DNA of 58,306 bases, from IMG/VR virus record IMGVR_UViG_3300005805_000003, positions 1 through 58,306 of that record, one strand, 5' to 3'. Origin of the DNA: a virus. Its lineage: Duplodnaviria; Caudoviricetes. The position numbers were made by a program, and so were the translations under genes. The stretch's first letter is position 1, and the number at the start of each line of letters is the position of its first letter. The notes below the pieces were generated by a model, which searched no databases, was not told where the DNA came from, and was given only the letters and a program-made list of their open reading frames with translations. Below, piece after piece: positions 35,380 to 45,103 of this stretch.

Positions 35380-37407
35380 TCACAGTGTATTTTTGCGCAT
35401 CAGCATCACGCTGGCATTCATCTCGTCAATCACAATCCAGCCATGCTCATGCGCCTTGATGAGTTCTCCGGTGAGCAGATCAGCAATTGGCCTACCCGCC
35501 TGAGATGGTTTGGTGTAAAGCTTTGCGCTGGCCTCCTTCACCCCAAGATTCTGCACCAGATACTCAATGAACCCGCTTCTGGAGAGATAGGGTGCCCCCT
35601 CTCTCTCCTCCGCCCCTGAAGCCCACCACGCGCTTTCGAACATCTTGCGGTGCTTATCAAGGTTGGTTGCCTTCTCTGCCTTGGCGGGCGCTGCTGCCTC
35701 GACGATGACGGCTGAGGTGACCTGCTCGCTGTCCTCATCGATCCAGCCGGTGATGGGGACGCTTTGCAGACTCACGAATATTGGCTGCGCAATCTCCGCG
35801 TCCTTGCTCTTGCGCTGGACGATCTGGATGGGCTCGCCGTCGCCCTTGGGCGGCACGACGCTGATCTCGATGTCGAGTGCGCCTCGCCATGCTGACGAGC
35901 CCCTTGCGCGGTGCTGCGCCTCCTCGGCGACGCCGGTGTGGTGTACGAGCAGGACGGAGCAGGCGAACTCATTCATGAGCCCGGCGCAGGCGTCGAGCAT
36001 TGTTTTAGTGTCTGACGCTGAGTTCTCGTCGCCGGAGAGAAACCTGTGCAGGGTATCGACCACAATCACTGCTGGGCTGATTGCGCTGCCCCTGATGGCG
36101 TCGCGCACTCGCTGGTAGCCCTCGGGCGTGTTTAGGTCGCAGCCGTCCTTGGATAGGTACATGTCGGTCGTGCTGATGCCGTTGTGCTGCTTCCACGCGG
36201 CGATGCGGCCTCGCAGGCCGTGGTGTCCCTCGCCGGCCAGATAGACCACCGTGCCGTGGCGAACCTTGTTGCCCTGCCATGACTCAACGTCGGTTGTCGC
36301 GATGCGAAGGCACATGTCGAGCACGACGAACGTCTTCCCGCCGCCGGAGGGTCCATGCACCATGATCAGCGCAGAGGACTGCAGCCAGTGCTTGACCATC
36401 CAGCTGATTGGCGCCGGCTTGGCGCAGAACTCATCCGCCTTGATGAGCCAGCCGTCTGGCTTTGGCTGAAGCAGCGCCAGCAAATCATTGCCGGCCTGCG
36501 CGTAGTCGTTGGCATCACCGGCCACCGGCGGAACGATGACCCTTGCCCCGTACTTGGCCGCTGCCTGCTCTGCGTAGCGTTGCCCAACGCCGGACGCATC
36601 ATTGTCGGCCACGATCACGACGTCATCGTGCTGCTGGCGCAGCATGCCGGTCACGCTAACCAGATTGGACGCGCTGTAGGCAATAAACACCGCCTTGTTG
36701 GTGACCTCATGAATCGTGGCAGCGGTGGCAAAGCCCTCGGCCACGTACACCGTGCCATCAGGCACGCCGATGCTCCAGAAGCAGGAGCCGGTCGCAGCGC
36801 CGGGGTGATAGCGCTTCTCGCCGTCGATTGCGACGTACTGCAGGCTGCTAAGCTCGCCGGTATCATCAAACAGCGGCACGATTAAGCGTCCGTCGCCCGT
36901 GACCCTCGCCCCGTGCGGCTGGATGCCCTTGCGCTTAAGATACGGATGATCGGGGCTTGCTGCGCCGGCGTCGCGCCAGATGACGGCCACCGTGTCGGCA
37001 GCGGCCTCACGGCTTTTTGCCAGCTCAGCATCGCGAAGGCGCCGCGCTTCCGCCATACGCCTGCTGTTTGCCATCTCTTCTGCCACCGACAACTTGCGCC
37101 CGATGTTCGCTCGAAAGGGCTGCTCGATGCCAGCCCTCCAGCAGCCGAAGTGCCCAGCGGGGACGCCGTCCGAAAAGCCGATGTAAAACCCGCTCTTATC
37201 GAAGCCGCCCTTGCCCTTGGTGCCGGAATTGAATCGATGTATGCGACCGTCGAATATAATCTTTTCCGGTGGCGTAATGCCGGCAGCGCTCATGGCATCT
37301 GCCATTTGCAGCTCTGGTGCGTCAACGATAATCAGGCTGCTGCCTGATGCATTGTCGAGCGAGGCAGGGGACCACTCACCGCCAAAAATGCTTGTCAAAT
37401 CAGCCAT
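35380..37407 (-). CDS. Primase-helicase (TOPRIM plus RepA-like AAA_25)
   Basis: HPYL.RKGI, VAEGFATA.TI, VADND (TOPRIM); GPSGGGKTF, YLAGEG, VVDTL, VHHTG, RGSSA. Confidence 0.9.
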   Translation of the reverse strand: MADLTSIFGGEWSPASLDNASGSSLIIVDAPELQMADAMSAAGITPPEKIIFDGRIHRFNSGTKGKGGFDKSGFYIGFSDGVPAGHFGCWRAGIEQPFRANIGRKLSVAEEMANSRRMAEARRLRDAELAKSREAAADTVAVIWRDAGAASPDHPYLKRKGIQPHGARVTGDGRLIVPLFDDTGELSSLQYVAIDGEKRYHPGAATGSCFWSIGVPDGTVYVAEGFATAATIHEVTNKAVFIAYSASNLVSVTGMLRQQHDDVVIVADNDASGVGQRYAEQAAAKYGARVIVPPVAGDANDYAQAGNDLLALLQPKPDGWLIKADEFCAKPAPISWMVKHWLQSSALIMVHGPSGGGKTFVVLDMCLRIATTDVESWQGNKVRHGTVVYLAGEGHHGLRGRIAAWKQHNGISTTDMYLSKDGCDLNTPEGYQRVRDAIRGSAISPAVIVVDTLHRFLSGDENSASDTKTMLDACAGLMNEFACSVLLVHHTGVAEEAQHRARGSSAWRGALDIEISVVPPKGDGEPIQIVQRKSKDAEIAQPIFVSLQSVPITGWIDEDSEQVTSAVIVEAAAPAKAEKATNLDKHRKMFESAWWASGAEEREGAPYLSRSGFIEYLVQNLGVKEASAKLYTKPSQAGRPIADLLTGELIKAHEHGWIVIDEMNASVMLMRKNTL

Positions 37408-37633
37408 GTGAGGCTCCGGCGTGCTTGTTATTATATTCGCTTATTATATTACTGCCGTGTGTGAGGCCATGCGTGAGATAGGTGCTCAGCTTGATCATCG
37501 TATCGTACTGCGGGTTGATCTGTTCGCCGCGTTTTATCGCGCCAATGGTGTTGTAGTGCAGGCCGGTCTGGGCTGCGATTACAGTCAGTCGCCTATCCTG
37601 CAGCGCCGTCCGTATCTCATCGATTGTCATCAT
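37400..37633 (-). CDS. Cro/XRE-like HTH regulator 1
   Basis: L..IA.QTGLHYNTI..IK.G...NP.Y.T..KL; divergent from the replication operon. Confidence 0.8.
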   Translation of the reverse strand: MMTIDEIRTALQDRRLTVIAAQTGLHYNTIGAIKRGEQINPQYDTMIKLSTYLTHGLTHGSNIISEYNNKHAGASHG

Positions 37634-37671
37634 GGTTCACATCCTGCTATAAAAATTAATACTGTGTAGTG

Positions 37672-37700
37672 TTGACAGCATAGATCAATGCTTTTACGAT
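37672..37700 (+). promoter_or_regulatory. Sigma70 promoter of the recombination/replication operon
   Basis: TTGACA (37672-77), 17 bp, TACGAT (37695-700); RBS AAGGAG before ATG 37748. Confidence 0.7.
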
Positions 37701-37747
37701 GTCTACATACCGCAACCGGATTGGCCGAACGCGGTTAAGGAGATCAC

Positions 37748-38419
37748 ATGGCTATAAAAATTAAGAACACGGCGGACGTGTCCGCTAATGGCGTCAAAAT
37801 ACTTGTCTACGGACAGGCTGGTGCCGGCAAAACCACGCTGGCTGCGACAATGCCCAAGCCGATCATTATATCTGCTGAGGGCGGTCTGCTGTCGATACAA
37901 GGAGCAGGTCTTCCGTACATCGAGGTTAACTCGATGGCGACGCTGATGGAGGCATATGAGTACGTTGCCTCGGCTGCCGGTAATGAGTTTGAGTCGGTGG
38001 TGCTGGACTCCATCAGCGAGATTGGCGAAGTCGTGCTGATCCACGAAAAGTCCATCAACAAGGACGGGCGGGCGGCTTACGGTGAAATGGCCGTGCAGAT
38101 GACGTCCATTGTTCGAGCCTTTCGGGATCTGCCCGGCAAGCACGTCCTGATGACCGCCAAGGTCGAAAAGGCGCAGGATGAATCAGGCCGGATACTCTAT
38201 GCCCCGTCCATGCCGGGCGCAAAAGTGGGACAGTCGCTGCCTTACTTTTTTGATGAGGTGCTCGCCCTGCGCGTTGAAAAAGACGCCGATGGAACAGCGC
38301 AGAGAGCGCTGATGTGTGACTCGGACGGTATCTGGCTGGCGAAGGATCGCAGCGGCAAGCTCGACGCTTGGGAAGCTCCAGACGCTGGCGCCATCATTGC
38401 AAAGATTGGTGGCGCGTGA
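37748..38419 (+). CDS. Sak4-like AAA_24 ATPase (ssDNA annealing)
   Basis: YGQAGAGKTT, SAEGGLLS, LDSISE, FDEV, AKDRSG.L. Confidence 0.85.
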   Translation: MAIKIKNTADVSANGVKILVYGQAGAGKTTLAATMPKPIIISAEGGLLSIQGAGLPYIEVNSMATLMEAYEYVASAAGNEFESVVLDSISEIGEVVLIHEKSINKDGRAAYGEMAVQMTSIVRAFRDLPGKHVLMTAKVEKAQDESGRILYAPSMPGAKVGQSLPYFFDEVLALRVEKDADGTAQRALMCDSDGIWLAKDRSGKLDAWEAPDAGAIIAKIGGA

Positions 38420-38820
38420 TGGATAAGACATTTGAGCTGCATGGGCTGAGCCAGAAATGGCTGGCCGCCAAGACCGCCGAGAAGGCCGCGCAGGATGAGC
38501 GTCGGGAGATCGAGGATCAGATGCTTGCCCTGATTGACCTGCCTGCTGACTTTGAGGGCAGCCAAAATACGCGCGCTGGTTTCTTTAAGATCAACTTGAC
38601 TGGCCGCATGAATCACAAGATTGATTCTGAAAAACTGCAGATGGTTGCCGCCGAGCACGGCCTGACCGAGCACCTGTCGGGACTGTTCCGCTGGAAGCCC
38701 GAGATCAATGCACGCGCGTGGAAGGCGGCTGAGGAGGGCATCATCGCCCCACTGCTTGAAGCAATTACAACAACACCGGGACGACCGTCCTTTGCAATTA
38801 CAGTAAACGAGGAGAAGTAA
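38419..38820 (+). CDS. Conserved phage protein of Sak4/DUF669 modules
   Basis: W..AK..E..A...RR.IED, FRWKPE, P..PSF; TGATG coupling. Confidence 0.7.
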   Translation: MDKTFELHGLSQKWLAAKTAEKAAQDERREIEDQMLALIDLPADFEGSQNTRAGFFKINLTGRMNHKIDSEKLQMVAAEHGLTEHLSGLFRWKPEINARAWKAAEEGIIAPLLEAITTTPGRPSFAITVNEEK

Positions 38821-38821
38821 A

Positions 38822-39310
38822 ATGGCACAACTAAATGAAGTGTTTAACGTCGCAGACGTTCCCGAGAGCCAGAGATCTTACGATCCACTGCCTGACGGAT
38901 GGTACACGGCGTACATCAGCAAGACAGATCTCTGCGCAACGAAGGCTGGCACTGGTCAGTACATCAAGGTTCGCTACGACGTGACCGGCCCAACGCATCA
39001 GGGGCGCGTTGTGTTTGGTAACTTTAATGTTCGCAACCCCAACCCAAAAGCCGAGGAAATCGGTCGCGAGCAGCTGCGCGATCTGTGCCTTGCTGTTGGT
39101 CTTAAAACCGTTAAGGACACGGATCAGCTGATTGGATCCACCGTGTCAATAAAGATCGCCACGCGAAAGCAGGATGGCTTTGATCCAACCAACGAGATCA
39201 AGGGCTGGAAGGCCATTGAGGGCGGATCAATACCAAGGCCGTCACAGCCCGGTCAGGTCCAGCCACCGGCAGCAGGCTCGTCACCAACCCCGCCTTGGGC
39301 AAAAAAATAA
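38822..39310 (+). CDS. DUF669-family ssDNA-binding protein
   Basis: PLP.GWY...I, G.Y........GP...GR..F, NE.KG, C-terminal PPWAKK. Confidence 0.8.
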   Translation: MAQLNEVFNVADVPESQRSYDPLPDGWYTAYISKTDLCATKAGTGQYIKVRYDVTGPTHQGRVVFGNFNVRNPNPKAEEIGREQLRDLCLAVGLKTVKDTDQLIGSTVSIKIATRKQDGFDPTNEIKGWKAIEGGSIPRPSQPGQVQPPAAGSSPTPPWAKK

Positions 39311-39346
39311 ACTGAGGGCGGGGCAGGAAACTGCTCCGCATAACAC

Positions 39347-40369
39347 ATGACTGCAATCCCAGAAGCAATGAACTCATTAGCCGCAGCGATTGATGCGGCT
39401 CATGAAGCCCGCGCAGAAAAGCCGCGCCCGCACATGGGGTGCTCCATGCTGGGCGAGGTATGCGAGCGCAAGCTGTGGCTGCTTTTTCGCTGGGCGGTCA
39501 TTGAGCCGTTCCCCGGTCGCATCCTGAGACTGTTCCGGCGCGGCCACCTTGAAGAGGATCTGATTGTCTCTGACCTGCGGGCAGCAGGCTGCCATGTTAA
39601 AAGCGTTGGCGACAATCAGAGCCGCGTCGATTTTGGATCGCACGTGTCGGGCAGCATTGACGGCATCATCGAGTCAGGCGTTCCAGAGGCTCCTAAGAAA
39701 AAGCATCTACTTGAGGCCAAGACTCACAGCCTGAAGTCGTTCAATGAGCTGGTTGCCAAGGGCGTTCAGCTTGCTAAGCCGATGCACTGGGCGCAGATGC
39801 AAGTGTACATGTTGGGGTCGAAGGTTGACCGCGCCCTGTACTACGCCGTCTGCAAGGATGATGACCGCATATACACCGAGAGAGTGCGCCTGTGCCCCGA
39901 GTCCGCCAAGGCATACGTTGAGCGAGGCCAGCGCATTGCGTTGACTGAGCGCATGCCAGAGCCAATGGTAGGCGCCTCGCCGTCGTGGTATCAGTGCAAG
40001 TACTGTCCTGCATACGATATGTGCCACAAGACCCACACGACGAAGCAGGCCAACTGCCGGACGTGCGCACACTCAACGCCACGCGACGACAGCACATGGC
40101 ACTGCGCGCGCTGGGACCAGACCATTCCGACGGATGCTCAGCACGCCGGGTGCGACTCTCATGTGATACACCCAGATCTTGTGCCTTGGAAGATGGCCGG
40201 ATCGTCAGGCGATTGGTCAGCAATTTACGACATTGACGGAAAGCAGGTCATCAACGGCGAGGACGGATATCACAGTAGCGAGCTGGTCGCCAATCTGGAG
40301 CTGGTGCTGGCTGATGATCCGAACGTCAATGCGCTGCGTGAAGGCTTTAGTGGGAGGATTAGTGGATGA
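39347..40369 (+). CDS. Cas4-like PD-(D/E)XK exonuclease
   Basis: S.LG..C.R.LW..FR, G..DG, LE.KT, Q.Q.YM, C..C...C cluster. Confidence 0.85.
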   Translation: MTAIPEAMNSLAAAIDAAHEARAEKPRPHMGCSMLGEVCERKLWLLFRWAVIEPFPGRILRLFRRGHLEEDLIVSDLRAAGCHVKSVGDNQSRVDFGSHVSGSIDGIIESGVPEAPKKKHLLEAKTHSLKSFNELVAKGVQLAKPMHWAQMQVYMLGSKVDRALYYAVCKDDDRIYTERVRLCPESAKAYVERGQRIALTERMPEPMVGASPSWYQCKYCPAYDMCHKTHTTKQANCRTCAHSTPRDDSTWHCARWDQTIPTDAQHAGCDSHVIHPDLVPWKMAGSSGDWSAIYDIDGKQVINGEDGYHSSELVANLELVLADDPNVNALREGFSGRISG

Positions 40370-40420
40370 CACAGACATCAGCAGTATTAGGCAAGCGGTT
40401 TGTGCATGGGGATTTGTTCG

Positions 40421-41008
40421 ATGCGTAAATGTAGCTGTGAAAATTGTGAAAGGCCAATTAAATGCAAAGGTTTGTGTGAATATCATTACAACCGAAAAAG
40501 ACTGTATGGGCGACTAGAAACCATCAGAAGGGAAAAGGGAACCTTTACAATAAACAGTCATGGTTACAAAAAGATAACAATAAACGGAGAACAAGTTTAC
40601 AGCCATGTCGCACGTGCAGAAAAAGCGCTTGAAAAACCCATTCCTCAAGGCGCGATTGTGACGTTCATTGGAGGGGATAGGTTATCTCCAGAGACCAGTA
40701 ATCTGGTTATTTGTGAGGATAAGGCATACAGCGAAATGCTAAAAACAAGAGCGGAAGCGATGGAGGCAACCGGAAACCCTAGAATGAGACGATGCTGTTT
40801 ATGCAAAGAGTGGGATTTGCCGCAAAACATGTATTGCTATAGATCAGCCTGCAAAGAAGGCTTTAGATTCAAACATCAAGTTAATTTACAAACTTGTTTT
40901 TCCGCGCCAATTCCTTTGCACAAAATCAAAATAAAAAGCGGCGGTAAAAAGCGTCATTTTTACTGGCATGACTATGAGCCGCTGTTGAGGGAAATTAATA
41001 ATGGCTAA
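40421..41008 (+). CDS. Degenerate HNH-endonuclease-like protein
   Basis: N-terminal C....C.......GLC..HY.R; core VTFIGGDRLSPETSNL where active enzymes have VHH..G...NN...NL; AT-rich. Confidence 0.6.
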   Translation: MRKCSCENCERPIKCKGLCEYHYNRKRLYGRLETIRREKGTFTINSHGYKKITINGEQVYSHVARAEKALEKPIPQGAIVTFIGGDRLSPETSNLVICEDKAYSEMLKTRAEAMEATGNPRMRRCCLCKEWDLPQNMYCYRSACKEGFRFKHQVNLQTCFSAPIPLHKIKIKSGGKKRHFYWHDYEPLLREINNG

Positions 41009-42590
41009 ACTCAGAGAGTATCAACAAAGAACCATAGACCAGCTGTACCAATGGTTTAGAGATGGGGGTGAAGGCAACCCCTGCTTGGTGCTACCGACGG
41101 GCGCCGGCAAAAGTCACGTTGTGGCAGCGCTGTGCAAAGACTCTCTGCAGAGCTGGCCGGAGACGCGCATCTTGATGCTGACGCACGTTAAGGAGCTAAT
41201 TGAACAGAACGCAGAGAAGATGCTCCAGCACTGGCCGGGCGCGCCGCTGGGCATATACTCAGCCGGCTTGGGCATGCGCAACCTGAACGAGCCAATCACA
41301 TTTGCCGGGATCCAGTCTGTGCGCAACAAGGCCGATCAGATTGGTCACGTTGACCTGATCGTTGTTGACGAGTGCCACCTGATCAGCCATGAGGATGCGG
41401 GCGGCTACAGAAAGCTGATTAATAACTTGATGGAAATTAACCCAAGGATACGAGTCATTGGTTTGACTGCAACGCCATATCGATTGGGTCACGGGATGAT
41501 TACTGACAAGCCGGCGCTGTTTGATGCTCTGCTGGAGCCGGTAAGCATCGAGGAGCTCATACATAAAAAGTACCTAGCACCGCTTAGATCCAAGATCACC
41601 AAGGAGAAGCTCAGCACCGAGGGCATAAAAAAACGAGGCGGTGATTACATTGAGTCTGAAATGCAGGCGGCATTTGATACAGAAAAGCACAACAAGGCCG
41701 TGGTTGACGAGGTGATTAGTCTTGCTGGGGATCGCAAGGCGTGGCTGTTTTTCTGCGCTGGCGTTGAGCACGCCCACCACGTCGCGCATGAGCTGATGGA
41801 GCGCGGCATTGAGGCTGCCTGCCTGACTGGAGACACTTCTGCAATTGACCGTGAAGATATAATAAACGACTTTAAGGCTGGCAAGATTCGGGCGCTGACA
41901 AACGTCAACGTACTGACAACGGGCTTTGATTACCCGGACATTGATCTGATAGCCATGCTACGCGCCACCATGTCGCCTGTGCTGTACATGCAGATGGCAG
42001 GTCGAGGTCTGCGCCCCAAGAGCCACACCGACCACTGTCTGGTGCTCGACTTTGCCGGCGTCGTTGAGACGCACGGTCCAATCACCGCCGTGAATGCACC
42101 CACTAAGAAAAAAGACGGTGATGGTGAGGCACCTGTGAAAGTGTGCCCCGCCTGCCAAGAGCTTGTGCATATCTCGGTGGCTATTTGTCCGGCTTGCGGA
42201 AATCCGTTTCCGCCACCCAAAAAACCAAAGCTTGCACTGCGCGATGTTGACATCATGGGGACTGACTCCATTGACATGAGTATTAGTGACTGGCGCTGGA
42301 GAGAGCATGTCAGCAAAGCAAGCGGCAAGCACATGATTGCGGTTGACTACTACGGTACGCTCTCTGATCCAGTAGTGACAGAGTACTTTACAATCTTGCA
42401 TGACGGCTACTCTGGCGAAACTGCTGCACAGAAGCTTGCGTCCATTGCTGCGAAAAGCGGTGCCGTCAATGCTTTAAAGCATGACGATCTGGGTAGCATT
42501 TGTGCAGAGTTAAACATTGGAAGAAAGCCTCAGTTAGTTAGTTATAAGAAAGACGGAAAATTTTATCGAGTCACTAGAAGAGAGTTTTGA
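41001..42590 (+). CDS. Superfamily II helicase (RadD/YejH-like)
   Basis: LREYQ, PTGAGKS, DECH, TATP, LTTGFD, QM.GRG.R, C-terminal CPAC..CPAC. Confidence 0.92.
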   Translation: MAKLREYQQRTIDQLYQWFRDGGEGNPCLVLPTGAGKSHVVAALCKDSLQSWPETRILMLTHVKELIEQNAEKMLQHWPGAPLGIYSAGLGMRNLNEPITFAGIQSVRNKADQIGHVDLIVVDECHLISHEDAGGYRKLINNLMEINPRIRVIGLTATPYRLGHGMITDKPALFDALLEPVSIEELIHKKYLAPLRSKITKEKLSTEGIKKRGGDYIESEMQAAFDTEKHNKAVVDEVISLAGDRKAWLFFCAGVEHAHHVAHELMERGIEAACLTGDTSAIDREDIINDFKAGKIRALTNVNVLTTGFDYPDIDLIAMLRATMSPVLYMQMAGRGLRPKSHTDHCLVLDFAGVVETHGPITAVNAPTKKKDGDGEAPVKVCPACQELVHISVAICPACGNPFPPPKKPKLALRDVDIMGTDSIDMSISDWRWREHVSKASGKHMIAVDYYGTLSDPVVTEYFTILHDGYSGETAAQKLASIAAKSGAVNALKHDDLGSICAELNIGRKPQLVSYKKDGKFYRVTRREF

Positions 42591-42591
42591 T

Positions 42592-42777
42592 ATGTACCGC
42601 GAGCCAGAATTTGTTAAAGACTACTATAAAAGAAGGCCGCCGAAATGTTGTTTTACGTGTGAACACTTTTTATCTTTCAGCGCCACCTGCATGAAGTTTG
42701 ATCAGGTGGTGCCAGAACAATTTGCGAGGGAGCTCAATCAATGCGAAGACTGGCTAGAAATGCGAATACCGTTTTAA
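42592..42777 (+). CDS. Small Cys-rich protein
   Basis: P.CCFTC.......C..F...VP........C..W....PF. Confidence 0.6.
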   Translation: MYREPEFVKDYYKRRPPKCCFTCEHFLSFSATCMKFDQVVPEQFARELNQCEDWLEMRIPF

Positions 42778-43148
42778 AGTCTTCTGCAGACAAGGTTTCT
42801 GCGGTGGACCGAGTGCCCACAGAGCATGAGGAGCAGAGGGAGTTTGTTTGGTGGTTCCGGCGGACTTATCCTGATGTTCGCATTTTTGCTATCCCGAACG
42901 GGGGCGCTAGGTCACGCCGAGAAGGTGGCAGGTTTAAGCTGGAGGGAGTCTCGCCGGGCGTGCCTGATCTGTTTATTCCTGCGTGGTTGCTGTGGATTGA
43001 ATTTAAAAAAACCAAGGGGGGCAGTGTGTCAGCAGAGCAAAGAGATTGGATTGAATATTTAAACCTGATCGGCCATAAAACCTTTGTGGCGAAGGGCGCG
43101 GAAGCCGCAAAGAGCTATGTTAAGTCCACGCAGGAGGCCGCAACATGA
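42741..43148 (+). CDS. VRR-NUC nuclease
   Basis: EH.EQ, AIPNGG.R, GV..GVPDL, IE.K...G..S..Q..W. Confidence 0.88.
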   Translation: MRRLARNANTVLKSSADKVSAVDRVPTEHEEQREFVWWFRRTYPDVRIFAIPNGGARSRREGGRFKLEGVSPGVPDLFIPAWLLWIEFKKTKGGSVSAEQRDWIEYLNLIGHKTFVAKGAEAAKSYVKSTQEAAT

Positions 43149-43789
43149 CTGTCAAAAGAGGACGCATAGCAACACTGCTTAACCAATCACCCGTGCGCAG
43201 AGACAGGCTCAATGCGCGCCTGAACACGCCGGTGGCGCCACTTGAGGACCAGACGCGCCCGGTGACACCACAGCAATGGAGGTTTATTCAGGAGCTGATT
43301 GACGGTGATGGAAAGGTAACCCTTGTGCAAGCGGCTTTAGCTGCCGGCTATTCAAAAGATTCTGCCGGTGACATTGGCTACAACCTGACAAACCCAAAGC
43401 GCAATCCCCACATCGTCGCGGCCATTCAGCGATACCGGCAGGACGTTGCTGAAAAATATGGCACCACGATAGAGCGACACATGAGGGACCTGCAGAACAT
43501 CCGCGATAAGGCGCTGGAGGCCGGCAACTACTCTGCTGCAGTGCAAGCAGAGTACCGACGTGGTCAGGCGCTGGGAACGATCTACGTGGAGCGCAAGGAA
43601 ATCCGTCACGGCACCATCGATACGATGAGCGCGGAAGAGGTGCGAAAGAAGCTGGAGGAGATCAAGGCGATGTACGGCGACCCTGCGCAGGTGATCGATG
43701 TTACGCCGATCGTTGACGAAATCGCTGAGGATATCGTTGATGAGGAGTACGACGAAGAGTATGAACCCGATACGGAGCAGAAGGAATGA
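43145..43789 (+). CDS. terS: Terminase small subunit
   Basis: T..Q..F..E, T..QAA..AGYS, L..P.I..AI, L..IRD.A, AV.AE; acidic tail. Confidence 0.75.
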   Translation: MTVKRGRIATLLNQSPVRRDRLNARLNTPVAPLEDQTRPVTPQQWRFIQELIDGDGKVTLVQAALAAGYSKDSAGDIGYNLTNPKRNPHIVAAIQRYRQDVAEKYGTTIERHMRDLQNIRDKALEAGNYSAAVQAEYRRGQALGTIYVERKEIRHGTIDTMSAEEVRKKLEEIKAMYGDPAQVIDVTPIVDEIAEDIVDEEYDEEYEPDTEQKE

Positions 43790-44109
43790 CCACGACAACT
43801 GATATCGAAGCCCCCTTAAAGAAGCCGAGAAAGAAACGAGCACTGAGCAAAAAGCCGGGTCCTCGGCTCGGGGTCAACTTCGTAAAGCGTAAAGCGACAG
43901 CTGTGCTTATGCGGCCAGAGTTTTATTACATGGCGCGCGAGCTGGCGGACTATTACGAGACGCCGCTGATGCGACTGGCCGGCGCGCTGGTCGTGCGAGA
44001 GTACTGCAAAGTGCTGTCGCTGTCTGATCCAGATGGCGCAGCTGCAATCGCAGAGACCTATGCAGAAGACGGCATGTATTCAGATCACGTCACAAAGCTG
44101 TCAGATTAA
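43786..44109 (+). CDS. Hypothetical protein (possible DNA-binding)
   Basis: 107 aa, basic N-terminus, ATGA overlap with terS. Confidence 0.55.
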   Translation: MTTTTDIEAPLKKPRKKRALSKKPGPRLGVNFVKRKATAVLMRPEFYYMARELADYYETPLMRLAGALVVREYCKVLSLSDPDGAAAIAETYAEDGMYSDHVTKLSD

Positions 44110-44180
44110 AGTAAATAAATGTTTTCTTTTATGATAATAATAAATATAATAATGCCTCGTTTAGTAAATAGAGGTGCAAA

Positions 44181-44396
44181 ATGACTGAAATCGAGAAAGA
44201 CATTCCCATCCCTCGCGGGGAGCGGGCAACCAAGTATCCATTCGCCGACATGGAAGTCGGAGAGTCTGTGGCCTACCCAGACGAGGCGCTCAATGGCCGA
44301 GCGTACCGGGCAGCCAAGTCCTGTGGCGACCGCCACAACAAAAAGTTTGTGGCGCGCCGAGAAGGTGACGGCATCCGCATCTGGAGGCAGGCATGA
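44181..44396 (+). CDS. Small conserved phage protein
   Basis: IEK.IPIP...KYPF..MEVG.S...F..R....GIRIWR; RBS GAGG after an AT-rich gap. Confidence 0.75.
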   Translation: MTEIEKDIPIPRGERATKYPFADMEVGESVAYPDEALNGRAYRAAKSCGDRHNKKFVARREGDGIRIWRQA

Positions 44397-44578
44397 GAAT
44401 CTTCTCGATAATTTTGTTTGCACTGGCCGCCTGCCAGCCGTCAACTGATCAAGACATCGACGCAGCCATGCTCAAGCATCACTGCGAGATGGTCGCGCTG
44501 TGGACATCTTCTGCCGGCGAACTGGGCTGGCCTGACTACAACAACAGGGCGCATTTGTGCGCGAGGACAGCGCCATGA
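44393..44578 (+). CDS. Small lipoprotein
   Basis: MRIFSIILFALAAC lipobox; CEMV..W.....GWPDYN. Confidence 0.65.
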   Translation: MRIFSIILFALAACQPSTDQDIDAAMLKHHCEMVALWTSSAGELGWPDYNNRAHLCARTAP

Positions 44579-44847
44579 AGACGGAAGAGGAAAGGATAGC
44601 GAAGGATTCCGAGATCCTGATTCGGGAGCTGGCGGAGGTTCTTGATCGCTGGGAAAACGCCAACGACGACAAGAGTAACTATTATACAGCGACCACGCTC
44701 ATTGGCGCGCTGGTGCCCATGCTGTGGGGCGTGTGCATGTTTTATAACGTCTCCATCAATGAGATCTTAAGCAGGATCGTCAAAAAACAAGAGATGGAAA
44801 AGTTGGAGCTGGCCGCACTCATGGGGAATAAAGATGAGCTTCATTAG
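44575..44847 (+). CDS. Hypothetical protein
   Basis: ATGA-coupled in the small-gene array. Confidence 0.5.
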   Translation: MKTEEERIAKDSEILIRELAEVLDRWENANDDKSNYYTATTLIGALVPMLWGVCMFYNVSINEILSRIVKKQEMEKLELAALMGNKDELH

Positions 44848-45103
44848 AGCCCAAGCAGCCTACGACGCACAGCTCCCGCCGGACGATCCAGAGGAGCATG
44901 AGTACTCAGGTGACATCGTTGTTGGCGACACCCTGTTTACCTACCTGCATGGTCAGATCGTTACCGTCATGATCGACGAGAACGGCACAGAAGTCCCCTA
45001 CTCTGAGTGGCAGGGCAGCGAGGATCTGGTGCGCGAAGCCGACGTCGAGGCAGCAGAGCTGTGGAACGCTGAGTTGGAGGAGATGCAGAATGACTACTAC
45101 TAA
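44834..45103 (+). CDS. Acidic hypothetical protein
   Basis: AQ..YD...PPDD start; overlaps neighbours. Confidence 0.6.
   Translation: MSFIRAQAAYDAQLPPDDPEEHEYSGDIVVGDTLFTYLHGQIVTVMIDENGTEVPYSEWQGSEDLVREADVEAAELWNAELEEMQNDYY

Noticed and set aside
39318-39339. Terminator after the SSB gene
   Set aside because: GC hairpin with a GAAA loop but no U-tract; may be a stability or attenuation hairpin only
39347-40369. CRISPR-Cas system
   Set aside because: Solo Cas4-like nuclease in a standard recombination module; no repeat-spacer array or other cas genes seen
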